Source: Verrucomicrobiota bacterium
GTDB taxonomy: Bacteria; Verrucomicrobiota; Verrucomicrobiia; Limisphaerales; SXQI01
Direction of reading: 5' to 3'
Assembly: GCA_033762115.1 (NCBI GenBank)
Contig: JANRLX010000131.1
Location: 1 to 35,098, forward strand
DNA length: 35,098 nucleotides
Shown here: one piece after another, positions 8,621 through 17,688 of the stretch
How the letters are laid out: each line of letters begins with the position of its first letter
Position numbering within the stretch: the first letter of the stretch is position 1
The notes under the pieces: generated by a model
Databases searched by the model: none
What the model was told of the DNA's origin: nothing
The model's input: the letters and a program-made list of their open reading frames with translations, nothing else
Translations under genes and position numbers: made by a program

Positions 8621-9604
8621 CTACAGCGGCTTGGCCATGCCCGGTTTCAGTGGATACAAACCGGGACAACAGCCGTACATTTCATGGAACGCCTGGCTGA
8701 AATGGCTTACGCTGGAGTAACCAACCTCCATCGCGGCCTCAGTCACGTTGAATTTTCCTGAACGCAGCAATTCCGCCCCGCGCTCAAGGCGTAATTGCCT
8801 GAGATATTGCGGAATGCTCATCCCCATTTCCTTGGAGAATGTGCGGCTTAAATAAAATGGGCTGCATCCGACCTGTTTTCCAATTTCCTCGAGTGAAGGT
8901 GGCTCGGATAAATTCTCCTTCAACAACGCCATGGCCTTTTCCACTCGATCACGGGCTATTTTTTTTTGGCGCGTGCAGAAAAAATCCTCCCCCTCCGGGG
9001 CCCGAAAAAAGAAGTGGGAAAGGATTTCCATTGCCTTGGTTCGATACCAGAAGTCCTGGGCTGCCGCAGAAACGGGCGGGGTCTTTAAGCTGGCAATCAA
9101 TTGCTGTTGTCCCCCACTCAATGGAGCCACATCTCCAACACCGGATATGGCCTGCCCCTTGAGCACGATTTTCCGGATCAATGGATGCAGGACCGATTCC
9201 TGGCCGGCCAGATGCTTTTTCAAAAATTCCGGCGTGAATTCCACGGTGAAGAATTGATGGGCCTGGTTTGCCTCGCGGGTTGCGATGAGTTTTTCTTTTC
9301 CCTGGCAATAAAAGCCCCCAGTGAACCCGTTGAACACCCGGGACTCCTCCCCCGCCCGGACAGTTCCCGAGCCGGAAAGGTTCAGGCAGACTTCCACGCT
9401 GCCGGGATGAAAACTACGTGCCCAATCGAATGGCGCAGCCGTTCTAAAATCATGCCACTCGAAACTGAAGCCGAGTTTCTGAAAACTGCCATGCACCCGG
9501 TGCCATCCTTCGCCAACCGGAGACCAGATCAAACCTTCCTCATGCAAGGCTTCATGGGATTTGGTCAAAGGTTGTCCCGGCAAAATGGATGTGTGCAATG
9601 GCAC
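8621..9604 (-). CDS. AraC-family transcriptional regulator
   Basis: C-terminal double HTH: PPSLEEIGKQVGCSPFYLSRTF...NVTEAAMEVGYSSVSHFSQAFHEMYG. Confidence 0.95.
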   Translation of the reverse strand: MPLHTSILPGQPLTKSHEALHEEGLIWSPVGEGWHRVHGSFQKLGFSFEWHDFRTAAPFDWARSFHPGSVEVCLNLSGSGTVRAGEESRVFNGFTGGFYCQGKEKLIATREANQAHQFFTVEFTPEFLKKHLAGQESVLHPLIRKIVLKGQAISGVGDVAPLSGGQQQLIASLKTPPVSAAAQDFWYRTKAMEILSHFFFRAPEGEDFFCTRQKKIARDRVEKAMALLKENLSEPPSLEEIGKQVGCSPFYLSRTFSKEMGMSIPQYLRQLRLERGAELLRSGKFNVTEAAMEVGYSSVSHFSQAFHEMYGCCPGLYPLKPGMAKPL

Positions 9605-9610
9605 TTCTGC

Positions 9611-9640
9611 ACTTTACAACAGGAAGGCCTGAAATGACAA
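9611..9640 (-). promoter_or_regulatory. Putative promoter of the AraC gene (leaderless geometry)
   Basis: TTGTCA (9640-9635), 18-nt spacer, TAAAGT (9616-9611), then 6 nt to the GTG start. Confidence 0.55.
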
Positions 9641-9655
9641 GGCAGAGCCTTGCTG

Positions 9656-10870
9656 TTATTCGTAACGCAACGCGTCAATAGGGTCCAGTGCTGCCGCTTT
9701 GCGGGCCGGGTAAAAACCAAAGAAGATTCCAATCAACGCGCTGAATCCAAATGAAAGCGCGATCGATTCGGTTGAAACCAGGGTGACCCAGCCTAATTTT
9801 GCCGAAACCACTTTTGAAGCCACCAGGCCAATTCCGATCCCAATAATTCCCCCGATTACGCTGAGCGTGGTCGCTTCCACCAGGAATTGCAGGAGGATAT
9901 CCTTCCCTCGAGCGCCCACGGACATGCGAACGCCAATTTCCCTGGTTCGTTCAGTCACGCTCACCAGCATGATGTTCATGATTCCAATCCCGCCCACAAA
10001 CAGGGACACACCCGCAATGGACCCGAGGAGCACGGTCATGATCCTTGATGTGGCTGTCGCCGTCTCGGAAATCTCCTGCTGCGTTCGCACGATGAAATCA
10101 TTTTCCTTGGTGTCATCAATCTTGTGCCGCTGTCGTAACAGGTTGGTGACCTCCTCCTGCACGGCGGGAACTGAATCCGCCGAGTCCGCCTGCAACACGA
10201 AGGAGCGAAACGTCGTCGCCCCGGACAAACGCTTCATCGCACTTGTGTAAGGCACCAGCACCACGTCATCCTGGTCCTGGCCCATCATTGACATTCCTTT
10301 AGGAGCCAGCCAGCCCACCACAGTAAAGGGAGCATTGCGGATGCGGATGATCTGTCCCACCGGGTCGCCATCACCAAACAAGGTTTGAGCGGTGGTTTTC
10401 CCAATCAACGCCACTTTGCTGGCATTGCGAACATCCTGATCAGTAAAATTATTACCACTGGCAATGTTCCAGCCGCGAATGGTCGCAAAATCTTCACCGA
10501 CGCCCAATACCTGGCTGTTGATATTCTGGTTGCCTGCGGCGATCTGGGATGAGGAGCGGACCTCCGGGCTGATTCCGGCGAGGCCCGGCACTTCCTTGCG
10601 AAGCGCATCATAATCTCCAGCTGTCAACGTTCCCGCGCTGCCAAATCCCATGCTGAATCCACCACGGCTGACATTTCCTGACAGAACAAGGATCACGTTC
10701 TGCCCGAGTGCCGCAATCTGCGCCTCCACCTGGGCCTTGGCCCCGTTGCCAATGCTCACCATCGCAATCACGGCAGCCACGCCGATAATGATTCCCAGCA
10801 TGGTCAGCAATGTGCGAAGTGTATTTCGCTTCAGGGCACCGAGGGCAATTTTAAGTGTCGCGAAAATCAT
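9656..10870 (-). CDS. MacB-like ABC transporter permease
   Basis: RTLLTMLGIIIGVAAV, large periplasmic domain, VGGIGIMNIMLVSVTERTREIG, PARKAAALDPIDALRYE. Confidence 0.95.
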   Translation of the reverse strand: MIFATLKIALGALKRNTLRTLLTMLGIIIGVAAVIAMVSIGNGAKAQVEAQIAALGQNVILVLSGNVSRGGFSMGFGSAGTLTAGDYDALRKEVPGLAGISPEVRSSSQIAAGNQNINSQVLGVGEDFATIRGWNIASGNNFTDQDVRNASKVALIGKTTAQTLFGDGDPVGQIIRIRNAPFTVVGWLAPKGMSMMGQDQDDVVLVPYTSAMKRLSGATTFRSFVLQADSADSVPAVQEEVTNLLRQRHKIDDTKENDFIVRTQQEISETATATSRIMTVLLGSIAGVSLFVGGIGIMNIMLVSVTERTREIGVRMSVGARGKDILLQFLVEATTLSVIGGIIGIGIGLVASKVVSAKLGWVTLVSTESIALSFGFSALIGIFFGFYPARKAAALDPIDALRYE

Positions 10871-10871
10871 T

Positions 10872-11636
10872 TCAGGAAGGGGTCAATTGAATCGCGGCCT
10901 GGTCACGCTGGAGCTTTTCAAGTTCTTCGGCGGAATCCAATCGGTCCTGCACCGCATCATCCTTGACTACCCGTCCGTCCCGCATCACCACGATCCGTTT
11001 GCTGTAGCTTGCGATGTCCAATTCATGGGTGATCATGACCACGGTCACACCCTGCCGATTCAGTTCCTGGAAAACTCCCATGATTTCGATGCTGGTTTGC
11101 GTGTCAAGGTTCCCGGTGGGCTCGTCAGCGAGGAGCAGTTTTGGCTCATTGACCAACGCCCTGGCGATTGCCACGCGCTGTTGCTGGCCTCCACTCAACT
11201 GGTTTGGATGATGATCTGCCCGCGCCTTTAATCCGACCACTTCAAGCGCTTTCAAAGCGCGTTCCCGTTGTTTTGCGCCACTCTGCCCGTTGCGCGCATA
11301 GAGCAATGGGAGCTCAATATTTTCCAGGGCGCTGGTCCGGGATAAGAGGTTGAACCCTTGAAAAACGAAACCGATCTTTTGGTTTCTTAACCGTGCCAGC
11401 TGATCGCGTGAAAGGGAGCCTACATCAATTCCATCAAGAAGATATTTTCCGCGGGTGGGCCTGTCCAGGCAGCCGAGCGTGTTCATGATGGTGGATTTTC
11501 CCGAGCCGCTCGCTCCCATGATCGCCACGAATTCACCGGTGGAAATTTCCAGGGAAACTTCCTTGACCGCATGCACCTCGACTTCACCGGTCTTGTAGGT
11601 GCGACCGAACTTTTCCAGTTTGATAAGCGGTTCCAT
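10872..11636 (-). CDS. ABC transporter ATP-binding protein (MacB/LolD-like)
   Basis: Walker A GASGSGKS, LSGGQQQR, LLLADEPTGNLD and H-loop ITHE. ATG at 11636 avoids overlap with the upstream gene. Confidence 0.96.
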   Translation of the reverse strand: MEPLIKLEKFGRTYKTGEVEVHAVKEVSLEISTGEFVAIMGASGSGKSTIMNTLGCLDRPTRGKYLLDGIDVGSLSRDQLARLRNQKIGFVFQGFNLLSRTSALENIELPLLYARNGQSGAKQRERALKALEVVGLKARADHHPNQLSGGQQQRVAIARALVNEPKLLLADEPTGNLDTQTSIEIMGVFQELNRQGVTVVMITHELDIASYSKRIVVMRDGRVVKDDAVQDRLDSAEELEKLQRDQAAIQLTPS

Positions 11637-11646
11637 GCGCTGATGA

Positions 11647-13086
11647 TTACCGGGGACCACGCATTCCACCACCAAAGCCCGGATTACCAAAGGGGGTGCT
11701 TCCAGTCGGGGCGGCGGTGGTCGCTTTGCCGGGAGTTGTGGCGCTTACCACAATTACATCATCCTCCTTCAAACCTTCCAGCACTTCTGTATAACTGCCA
11801 TCAGTGGCGCCTGTTTTGATCGAATGCGGCTTGAGCAGTGGTTTGCCATCCTTGCCAAGCTGGTCACTCAATATGTAAACCGTGCGGGAAACCGGCGCAT
11901 CATTCATCCCACCGCGATTTCCACCACCGCCGCCACCACGAGGGCCGCGACCTTCTCCGGGCGGCCCATCGCCAAACCGTTCCCGCATCCGGGCGCGGAA
12001 CTGCTCCCGTTCCTCCGGGCTCATGCTTTCAAAACGTTTCCGCATTTCCTCACGGTTGGGCCGTTCGCCACCCTCTGCCATTGGACCGGGCTCCACCCGG
12101 TTTTCAGGAGATGGAACAGCATTTGTGGTTGCAGCGGGAGAGTTGGTGAGTTTCAGCAGGGCGGTTTCAGGAGGACGCACCCGCAACGCAGAGTTGGGAA
12201 TCCTGAGCACATTTCGTTTTTCGGCCGTGACGATTGAAGCCGGGTTGGCGGTCATTCCCGGTCGCAACTTCAGATCCGCATTGTCCACATCCACCACGCA
12301 GGTGTAACTCACGACATTTTGGTTTGTGATCGGAGCAAAACGAACCTGGGTCACTCTGCCATTAAACTGCCGGCTGGGATAGGCATCCACATTGAAATTC
12401 ACCCGCTGCCCTTCCATGATGCCGCCGACATCCGCTTCGGAAACCATTGCCTCGATCCGCATCTGTCGCAGATCATTCGCAATCAAAAAGAGCGTTGGCG
12501 CATTCAGGCTAGCTGCCACGGTTTGCCCTGCATCCACATTGCGCGAAATCACCACACCATCAATGGGGGCGTAAATTGTCGTTTTTTCCAAATCCACACG
12601 CGCGCGTTTAAGCGAGGCTTCTCTCGTCCGCACGATTGCCTGTGCCTGCTGGAGGTCAGCAGCGGCTTTTTCATAATCGGCAGGGGATACCAGCTCTCCT
12701 TCCCGCAATTCCTTGGCCCGTTTATAATTCAGTTCGGCGTAGGTCAGACCCGCTTTGGCATTTTCCAATTCCGCTTCTGTTTGGGTAATGTTTTGCTCGT
12801 AGGTGGAAGGATCAATCTGGGCGATCAACTGGCCGTTTGTCACCTTCGAGTTAAAGTCCACATGGATTTCCCGAATGATGCCGGAAACCTGGCTCCCCAC
12901 CTGCACATTTTTTACCGGTGTGAGCTGGCCATTGGCGGTCACCGACTGGACAATATCGCCTCGCGTGACTTTGGCTGTTTTGACATCCAGCGGCGCAGCG
13001 GCCCCGCTTCCCTGACGTTCCTTCCAGTAGTAAGCTCCGGCAACAACTGCAGCGATCAGTAATAATAAAAAAAAGGTTTTTTTCAT
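11647..13086 (-). CDS. MacA-like periplasmic adaptor (membrane fusion protein)
   Basis: N-terminal TM anchor, VQVGSQVSG, coiled hairpin, IYAPIDGVV, GQTVAASLNAPTLF, LKLRPGMTA. Confidence 0.94.
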   Translation of the reverse strand: MKKTFFLLLLIAAVVAGAYYWKERQGSGAAAPLDVKTAKVTRGDIVQSVTANGQLTPVKNVQVGSQVSGIIREIHVDFNSKVTNGQLIAQIDPSTYEQNITQTEAELENAKAGLTYAELNYKRAKELREGELVSPADYEKAAADLQQAQAIVRTREASLKRARVDLEKTTIYAPIDGVVISRNVDAGQTVAASLNAPTLFLIANDLRQMRIEAMVSEADVGGIMEGQRVNFNVDAYPSRQFNGRVTQVRFAPITNQNVVSYTCVVDVDNADLKLRPGMTANPASIVTAEKRNVLRIPNSALRVRPPETALLKLTNSPAATTNAVPSPENRVEPGPMAEGGERPNREEMRKRFESMSPEEREQFRARMRERFGDGPPGEGRGPRGGGGGGNRGGMNDAPVSRTVYILSDQLGKDGKPLLKPHSIKTGATDGSYTEVLEGLKEDDVIVVSATTPGKATTAAPTGSTPFGNPGFGGGMRGPR

Positions 13087-13227
13087 ACGCACGAGCTCGA
13101 TGGACCTGGCGATGCCCAGGATTCAACATCAAAAGTCCATGAGTCCTGTCCAGTTCATTGACCTTTGCCAACAATGAATGGTTACAAAGATTAGGAACAA
13201 TTATCGCAAGGGAGTTTTGAAGGCTTC

Positions 13228-13272
13228 GAAAGAAGGAAGGCCGCCCACCTGTAGACACCGGGCAAGCGGCCT
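13228..13272 (-). terminator. Probable terminator downstream of rnhC
   Basis: Minus-strand stem AGGCCGCTTGCC / GGTGGGCGGCCT (with G-U pairs), followed by TCCTTCTTTC. Confidence 0.5.
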
Positions 13273-13341
13273 ATACCCAAACCACCATGATTTACGTATT
13301 ACTAACCACGACAACTTTGATATAGCATACGCTCTGCCAAC

Positions 13342-14331
13342 TCATTCCTGAGAATCGGGCTCTTTTTTGGATGGTTTGCGAAACTCAACTTTCGGGGGTT
13401 CCGGCAATCCCTGGACCCGGAAGGAGGTGCGGAAATGCATTTTTGCCACTTTAGACAATGCGGCCCCGCCATGCTTTTCCACAAATTCCTTCCCTACCCG
13501 GTCCACCTCTCTGGAAGCGCCCTTGGGAAACTTCATCCCAAACTGCTTCCCCAATTGTTCCAACCGGCTCACGAACTCGTTTCGCGCAAGGATCGATGCT
13601 GCGGCCACGGCAATGTCCGATTCCGCCTTGTGCCGCTGAACCAGTTCCAGTTCGCGACCCAAACCCATTAACGCCTTTTCAACGACCTCTTTGGAATAAG
13701 CGAACTGGTCGCTGATCGCACGCACGGGTAGCGGGTCCATGCGCGATTTTTCCCGGAGCAGGTTTTCGATAACCCGGGCATGCCCCCAGGCGAGAAGCCG
13801 ATTAACGCTCCGCATTTTGACATAAAGCCGGTTATAAGCCTCATTTCCTATGGGCACCACGCTGCTGACGCATCCTGGCGTGCTCCTGATCATCTCGGCC
13901 AGTTCAGCGATTTTTTTGTCACTATTGATGCTTTTGGAATCCCGCACACCCGCTTCCTTCAGGCTTTTGGCAATGCTTTCGTTGACATAAACCCCTGCAA
14001 TGCAAAGCGGCCCAAAAAAATCTCCTTTTCCGCTTTCATCCACTCCCAGCCGGGGGAGAAACATTTCCGGGTTCAGGACCTCATCGTAACCAAGCCGCGC
14101 TTCCTGCAGAATCAATGGTTCAAGCACGAACTCAACGAACTCCTTTGTGTCCTTCCCCTGCACGACCAACTTTCCACTCGTGTAAAAAACCAGGTTTACT
14201 TTTCCTTTGCTTCCCGCAAACCGGGAGTAAGGCACTTCCTTGAATTCCCAGTCATGATCGCGCAAATAGACCTCCAGCGTTTTGGCCTGCGCTTCGTTCA
14301 ACGTTCCCGTGTATGATGTTAAAGGCTGCAT
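13342..14331 (-). CDS. rnhC: Ribonuclease HIII
   Basis: N-terminal TBP-like domain (FYTSGKLVVQGK); catalytic GVDESGKGDFFGP, GVRDSK, SDQF, AVAAASILAR, KMHFRT. Confidence 0.93.
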   Translation of the reverse strand: MQPLTSYTGTLNEAQAKTLEVYLRDHDWEFKEVPYSRFAGSKGKVNLVFYTSGKLVVQGKDTKEFVEFVLEPLILQEARLGYDEVLNPEMFLPRLGVDESGKGDFFGPLCIAGVYVNESIAKSLKEAGVRDSKSINSDKKIAELAEMIRSTPGCVSSVVPIGNEAYNRLYVKMRSVNRLLAWGHARVIENLLREKSRMDPLPVRAISDQFAYSKEVVEKALMGLGRELELVQRHKAESDIAVAAASILARNEFVSRLEQLGKQFGMKFPKGASREVDRVGKEFVEKHGGAALSKVAKMHFRTSFRVQGLPEPPKVEFRKPSKKEPDSQE

Positions 14332-15489
14332 TCAATATGCCCGTTCAAGGATCTCTTTTAATTGCTCTGGCCCGAGCCTCACAGGATTGGCTTTCATGCT
14401 GCTCGCCTGCATCGCCCGGGAACAGATTGTTTCAAAATCCTGTTCCCGGACACCCAATGCTTTCAGGGTTGGAATTTTTAAACATTTGGTCAGGTTCCTC
14501 AACCAGGCCACTCCTGCTTCCGGTGATTTTTCCTTCATACTTGTCAGCAGTTGTGTCACTTCAGCAAATCGTTCCAGCAGATCGGAGCGTTGCTGCCGCT
14601 GAAGCTCACGAATGTTGATTTCCATGACTGCGGGAAGCAGGGCTGCGCAAATTGTTCCATGTGCCATGCCGGGGTACATTCCCCCAATGGGCGCCGCAAA
14701 ACCGTGCACCGCGCCAAGGCCCGCATTGGCCAGTGCCATGCCTCCGAACAGACTGGCCAGACTCATCTCCTCCCGCGCCCCACGATCCTCCTCGCAGCAA
14801 GCTCGTGGCAACGCTGCTGCGGCTTTTTGGATTCCATTCCTGCATAACGCATCCGTCACAGGATTTGCCCGTTCGCTGACAAACGGTTCAATCAATTGGG
14901 TCAATGCATCCATACCGGTGGAGGCGGTGATTTCCGGGGGGAGGCTGAACGTTAATTCAGGATCGATCAGGGCGATCCTTGGCAGCATCAAGGGACTTCG
15001 CAGGCTCACTTTGAGTCGTTGATCTGGAACTCCGATGACTGCGTTCCGCGTCACTTCCGCACCGGTTCCCGCTGTTGTGGGAATCGCGATTAATGGAAGC
15101 GGGGCTGTTTTCAATGGTTCCCCTTTCCCGACTAATTCCGCGTGACGGTAAAAATCAAAGTTATTGGTCGCCAGTGCGGCGATGGCTTTGCCAGCGTCAA
15201 TCACGCTGCCGCCCCCGAGCGCCACAACCAAATGCACCTTTGTCTCGCCCGCCACACGGGCGCCGTTCAGCACCAGTTCAACTGTGGGTTCTCTCTCCAC
15301 AACAAAATGGGAGACGGCATAACCGTTGGTTTTAAGTGCGGTGATGGTTTCCTGGTGACGCTCCTTGTTTTTGCCAGTTACCAGCAGCAATGAACTGCCG
15401 AATGTTGCGCATAAGTCCGGCAGCGTCCGGAGTTTGCCGCATCCAAAAAGGATCCGTGCGGCTGTGGCAAACTCGAATGGAATCACCAT
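14332..15489 (-). CDS. Iron-containing alcohol dehydrogenase
   Basis: [47 protein letters not shown]. Confidence 0.94.
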   Translation of the reverse strand: MVIPFEFATAARILFGCGKLRTLPDLCATFGSSLLLVTGKNKERHQETITALKTNGYAVSHFVVEREPTVELVLNGARVAGETKVHLVVALGGGSVIDAGKAIAALATNNFDFYRHAELVGKGEPLKTAPLPLIAIPTTAGTGAEVTRNAVIGVPDQRLKVSLRSPLMLPRIALIDPELTFSLPPEITASTGMDALTQLIEPFVSERANPVTDALCRNGIQKAAAALPRACCEEDRGAREEMSLASLFGGMALANAGLGAVHGFAAPIGGMYPGMAHGTICAALLPAVMEINIRELQRQQRSDLLERFAEVTQLLTSMKEKSPEAGVAWLRNLTKCLKIPTLKALGVREQDFETICSRAMQASSMKANPVRLGPEQLKEILERAY

Positions 15490-15788
15490 TGGTCAGGAGC
15501 GGGAAAAATGGAATCAAACTTACTGCTGCTGCGTGGCTCGGCCATCATCGGGGCAACAGCATCCCGCCATTTGAGGTAATGGGCAGTTTCCTTGTGCTGC
15601 GCCGGTGCCTCAGCGGTGCGGTAAGCTTCCACCAGGAGGAAGCGGGTGGGATCTTCAATAGATTGGAGCAGGTCGAACCGGGCAATTCCTGGCTCGAGAA
15701 GGCTGGCGCTCGCATTTTCCAATGTCGCTGCCTTGAACGCCTCCAGATGGTCCGGCTTGACCCGGACCTGAACATGCACAACAAGCAT
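15483..15788 (-). CDS. ABM-domain protein (putative quinol monooxygenase / LsrG-like)
   Basis: 101 aa; [29 protein letters not shown]; overlaps the Fe-ADH start. Confidence 0.88.
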   Translation of the reverse strand: MLVVHVQVRVKPDHLEAFKAATLENASASLLEPGIARFDLLQSIEDPTRFLLVEAYRTAEAPAQHKETAHYLKWRDAVAPMMAEPRSSSKFDSIFPAPDQW

Positions 15789-15818
15789 AAACCCATCGTG
15801 CCAATCACGATGGGTTTA
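15778..15818 (-). terminator. Hairpin after rpsT (probable terminator) overlapping the next start codon
   Basis: Perfect 13-bp stem TAAACCCATCGTG / CACGATGGGTTTA (15788-15818), followed by TGCTTGTTGT. Confidence 0.6.
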
Positions 15819-15834
15819 CTCCAGAAAAGAAAAC

Positions 15835-16110
15835 TTACTTGGAGGCAGAAGCACCAGCAGCCATCCGGACGCTTAACCGGGATTTTTTGCGGCTTGCGGT
15901 GGATTTGTGGATCACTCCGCTTTTTGCAGCCTTGTCCAGGGCGGAACTGACTTCTCGCAATGCCTTTTCCGCTTCATCCTTTTTGCCTTCCTTCACGAGG
16001 CTCAGGTATTTTTTCTCAACCGTCTTGAGTTTGCTTGTGGTCGAGCGGTTCCGCGTTGCTTTGCGGGCGCTGCTGCGCATGCGGCGTTCGGCTGACTTCG
16101 TATTCGGCAT
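15835..16110 (-). CDS. rpsT: 30S ribosomal protein S20
   Basis: MPNTKSAERRMR...LDKAAKSGVIHKSTASRKKSRL. Confidence 0.98.
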   Translation of the reverse strand: MPNTKSAERRMRSSARKATRNRSTTSKLKTVEKKYLSLVKEGKKDEAEKALREVSSALDKAAKSGVIHKSTASRKKSRLSVRMAAGASASK

Positions 16111-16130
16111 AAATTAATTAAGAGTCGGAA

Positions 16131-16158
16131 AGACTACGCGCTTGCGCTTTCTTGTCAA
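16131..16158 (-). promoter_or_regulatory. Sigma70-type promoter of rpsT
   Basis: TTGACA (16158-16153), 16-nt spacer, TAGTCT (16136-16131). Confidence 0.7.
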
Positions 16159-16193
16159 TGCCCGGAATCCCGTTTTTGCTTCTCACTGCCATA

Positions 16194-17687
16194 TCACCTC
16201 ACCGGGATGGCATTCAAGGTGTAATATGCCGAAGGATGCAGGAGCGGTTCTCCCTGGCGCGACCGCACTCCGGGCAAATGTAATTCATGGACATGTCCCA
16301 CCTGCAAGCCGGTGATATATAACCGTGCGCTCAACCCATCCGGGCTCACTTCCAACCGGTCTAGTGTGGGGGAGGTACGGTCCACTTCAGGACTGCCGTA
16401 GCTCGCCTGATAAATGTATGTATAGGTTTCAAGTTTGTATGAATTTTTGTCCGAAACCGTGCCCGGATCCACCGGATGGGTGAATGTCAGCTCAAAACCA
16501 TCTGGTTTCGACCGCATTTCATGGATCTCAAACGGCACCTTCCCAGTCCAAATCAACCGCTCCAGCGCAAACGGCTTGCCGCCACGCGCTCCCCAGCCAC
16601 GGTCAGTGCCGCCGACAAAGAGGGAACCATCCGCTGCAAATTCCAACGAAAGAGTCCCTGAAGCAAAACCTTCCCTGAACGGAAACAATGCTCCCTGATA
16701 AATCCCATTCACCTGCTCCAGGAAGACCCGCATGACCGTGCTGTGGGTTTGGTCCCCGACAAAAAGCTGGTTCTTAAACGGCCCAAATTTCCCTTCCGTC
16801 CAATCATTGGCAATGCCGCTCGCTGATTGACCCATTTTGTTGTATGGAAACAGGATCGCCGTAGGCACCAGTTCAGGAATCCGCTTTGCCTCGACGTGCA
16901 TTCGGCTGCCACTCTTCGGGTCTTCCGGGCGACGCCCCATGATGCTCGCTTGTGAATACCATTTGTTTCCCATTGGATTTCCCACGAAGCCGCCGGGGCG
17001 AAGATGTTTTAGTCCTGAAGTCCCGTTCCACGGACCCTGGTTGTCCGTGTAAAACATTTCGCCAAGATGGTTCGTGCCGATCCCTCCGGGGGAACGAACC
17101 CCACTGACTGTGGGGATGACTTCTCCTTTTGGGGTGACCCGCAATCCCCAGCCTCGGTATTCGTTTTCGCTTGTAAATGAACCGGTCAGGCAAAGCACCA
17201 CCCAGATATTGTTTTCCCGATCAAATTTCGAGCCGAACGCATATTCATGATAATCGCCGTTGATTCCCCATCCATCGCTGACGGTCTCGAAGAGGTCCGC
17301 TCGTCCATCGCCATCTTCATCCTTCATTCGGGTAACCTCCCCCCGCTGCGTTGCATAGAGCCATCCATCCTTGATGGTCAGGCCGAGTGGTTCATGCAAC
17401 CCGCTGGCAAAAAGATGATATTTTAACGACAGGGGCGGCTTTGAGAACGCTCCTTCGATCATGTAAATATTTCCCAGTCGCGTTGAAACAGCCACTTTGT
17501 TGTCCGGCATTACCTGGATCGCGCTGGCTTCAAGGACGATCTCTTCAGGAATTGGAAAAGTGATCAATTCATAATAACTCTCCTCCAAAGCCCGTTGCGC
17601 TGGAGCCGCTGCCTGCAACCAAACTGTGGCTGCGCAAAAACACGCGAGCAGGAAACTGTTGCCGAGTTTGAAAACAGAACCATTCAT
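16194..17687 (-). CDS. Secreted beta-propeller protein, glucose/sorbosone dehydrogenase-like (PVC-type)
   Basis: ATG at 17687 is 1 nt after the upstream stop and gives a signal peptide. Motifs [37 protein letters not shown] and YTDNQGPW; C-terminal beta-rich domain. Confidence 0.75.
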   Translation of the reverse strand: MNGSVFKLGNSFLLACFCAATVWLQAAAPAQRALEESYYELITFPIPEEIVLEASAIQVMPDNKVAVSTRLGNIYMIEGAFSKPPLSLKYHLFASGLHEPLGLTIKDGWLYATQRGEVTRMKDEDGDGRADLFETVSDGWGINGDYHEYAFGSKFDRENNIWVVLCLTGSFTSENEYRGWGLRVTPKGEVIPTVSGVRSPGGIGTNHLGEMFYTDNQGPWNGTSGLKHLRPGGFVGNPMGNKWYSQASIMGRRPEDPKSGSRMHVEAKRIPELVPTAILFPYNKMGQSASGIANDWTEGKFGPFKNQLFVGDQTHSTVMRVFLEQVNGIYQGALFPFREGFASGTLSLEFAADGSLFVGGTDRGWGARGGKPFALERLIWTGKVPFEIHEMRSKPDGFELTFTHPVDPGTVSDKNSYKLETYTYIYQASYGSPEVDRTSPTLDRLEVSPDGLSARLYITGLQVGHVHELHLPGVRSRQGEPLLHPSAYYTLNAIPVR

Positions 17688-17688
17688 A

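Noticed and set aside
9783..13062. Several 130-250 aa plus-strand ORFs opposite the Mac-like operon, and similar ones opposite ALDH, the Fe-ADHs and aas
   Set aside because: Antisense shadow ORFs of well-supported genes, expected from codon bias.
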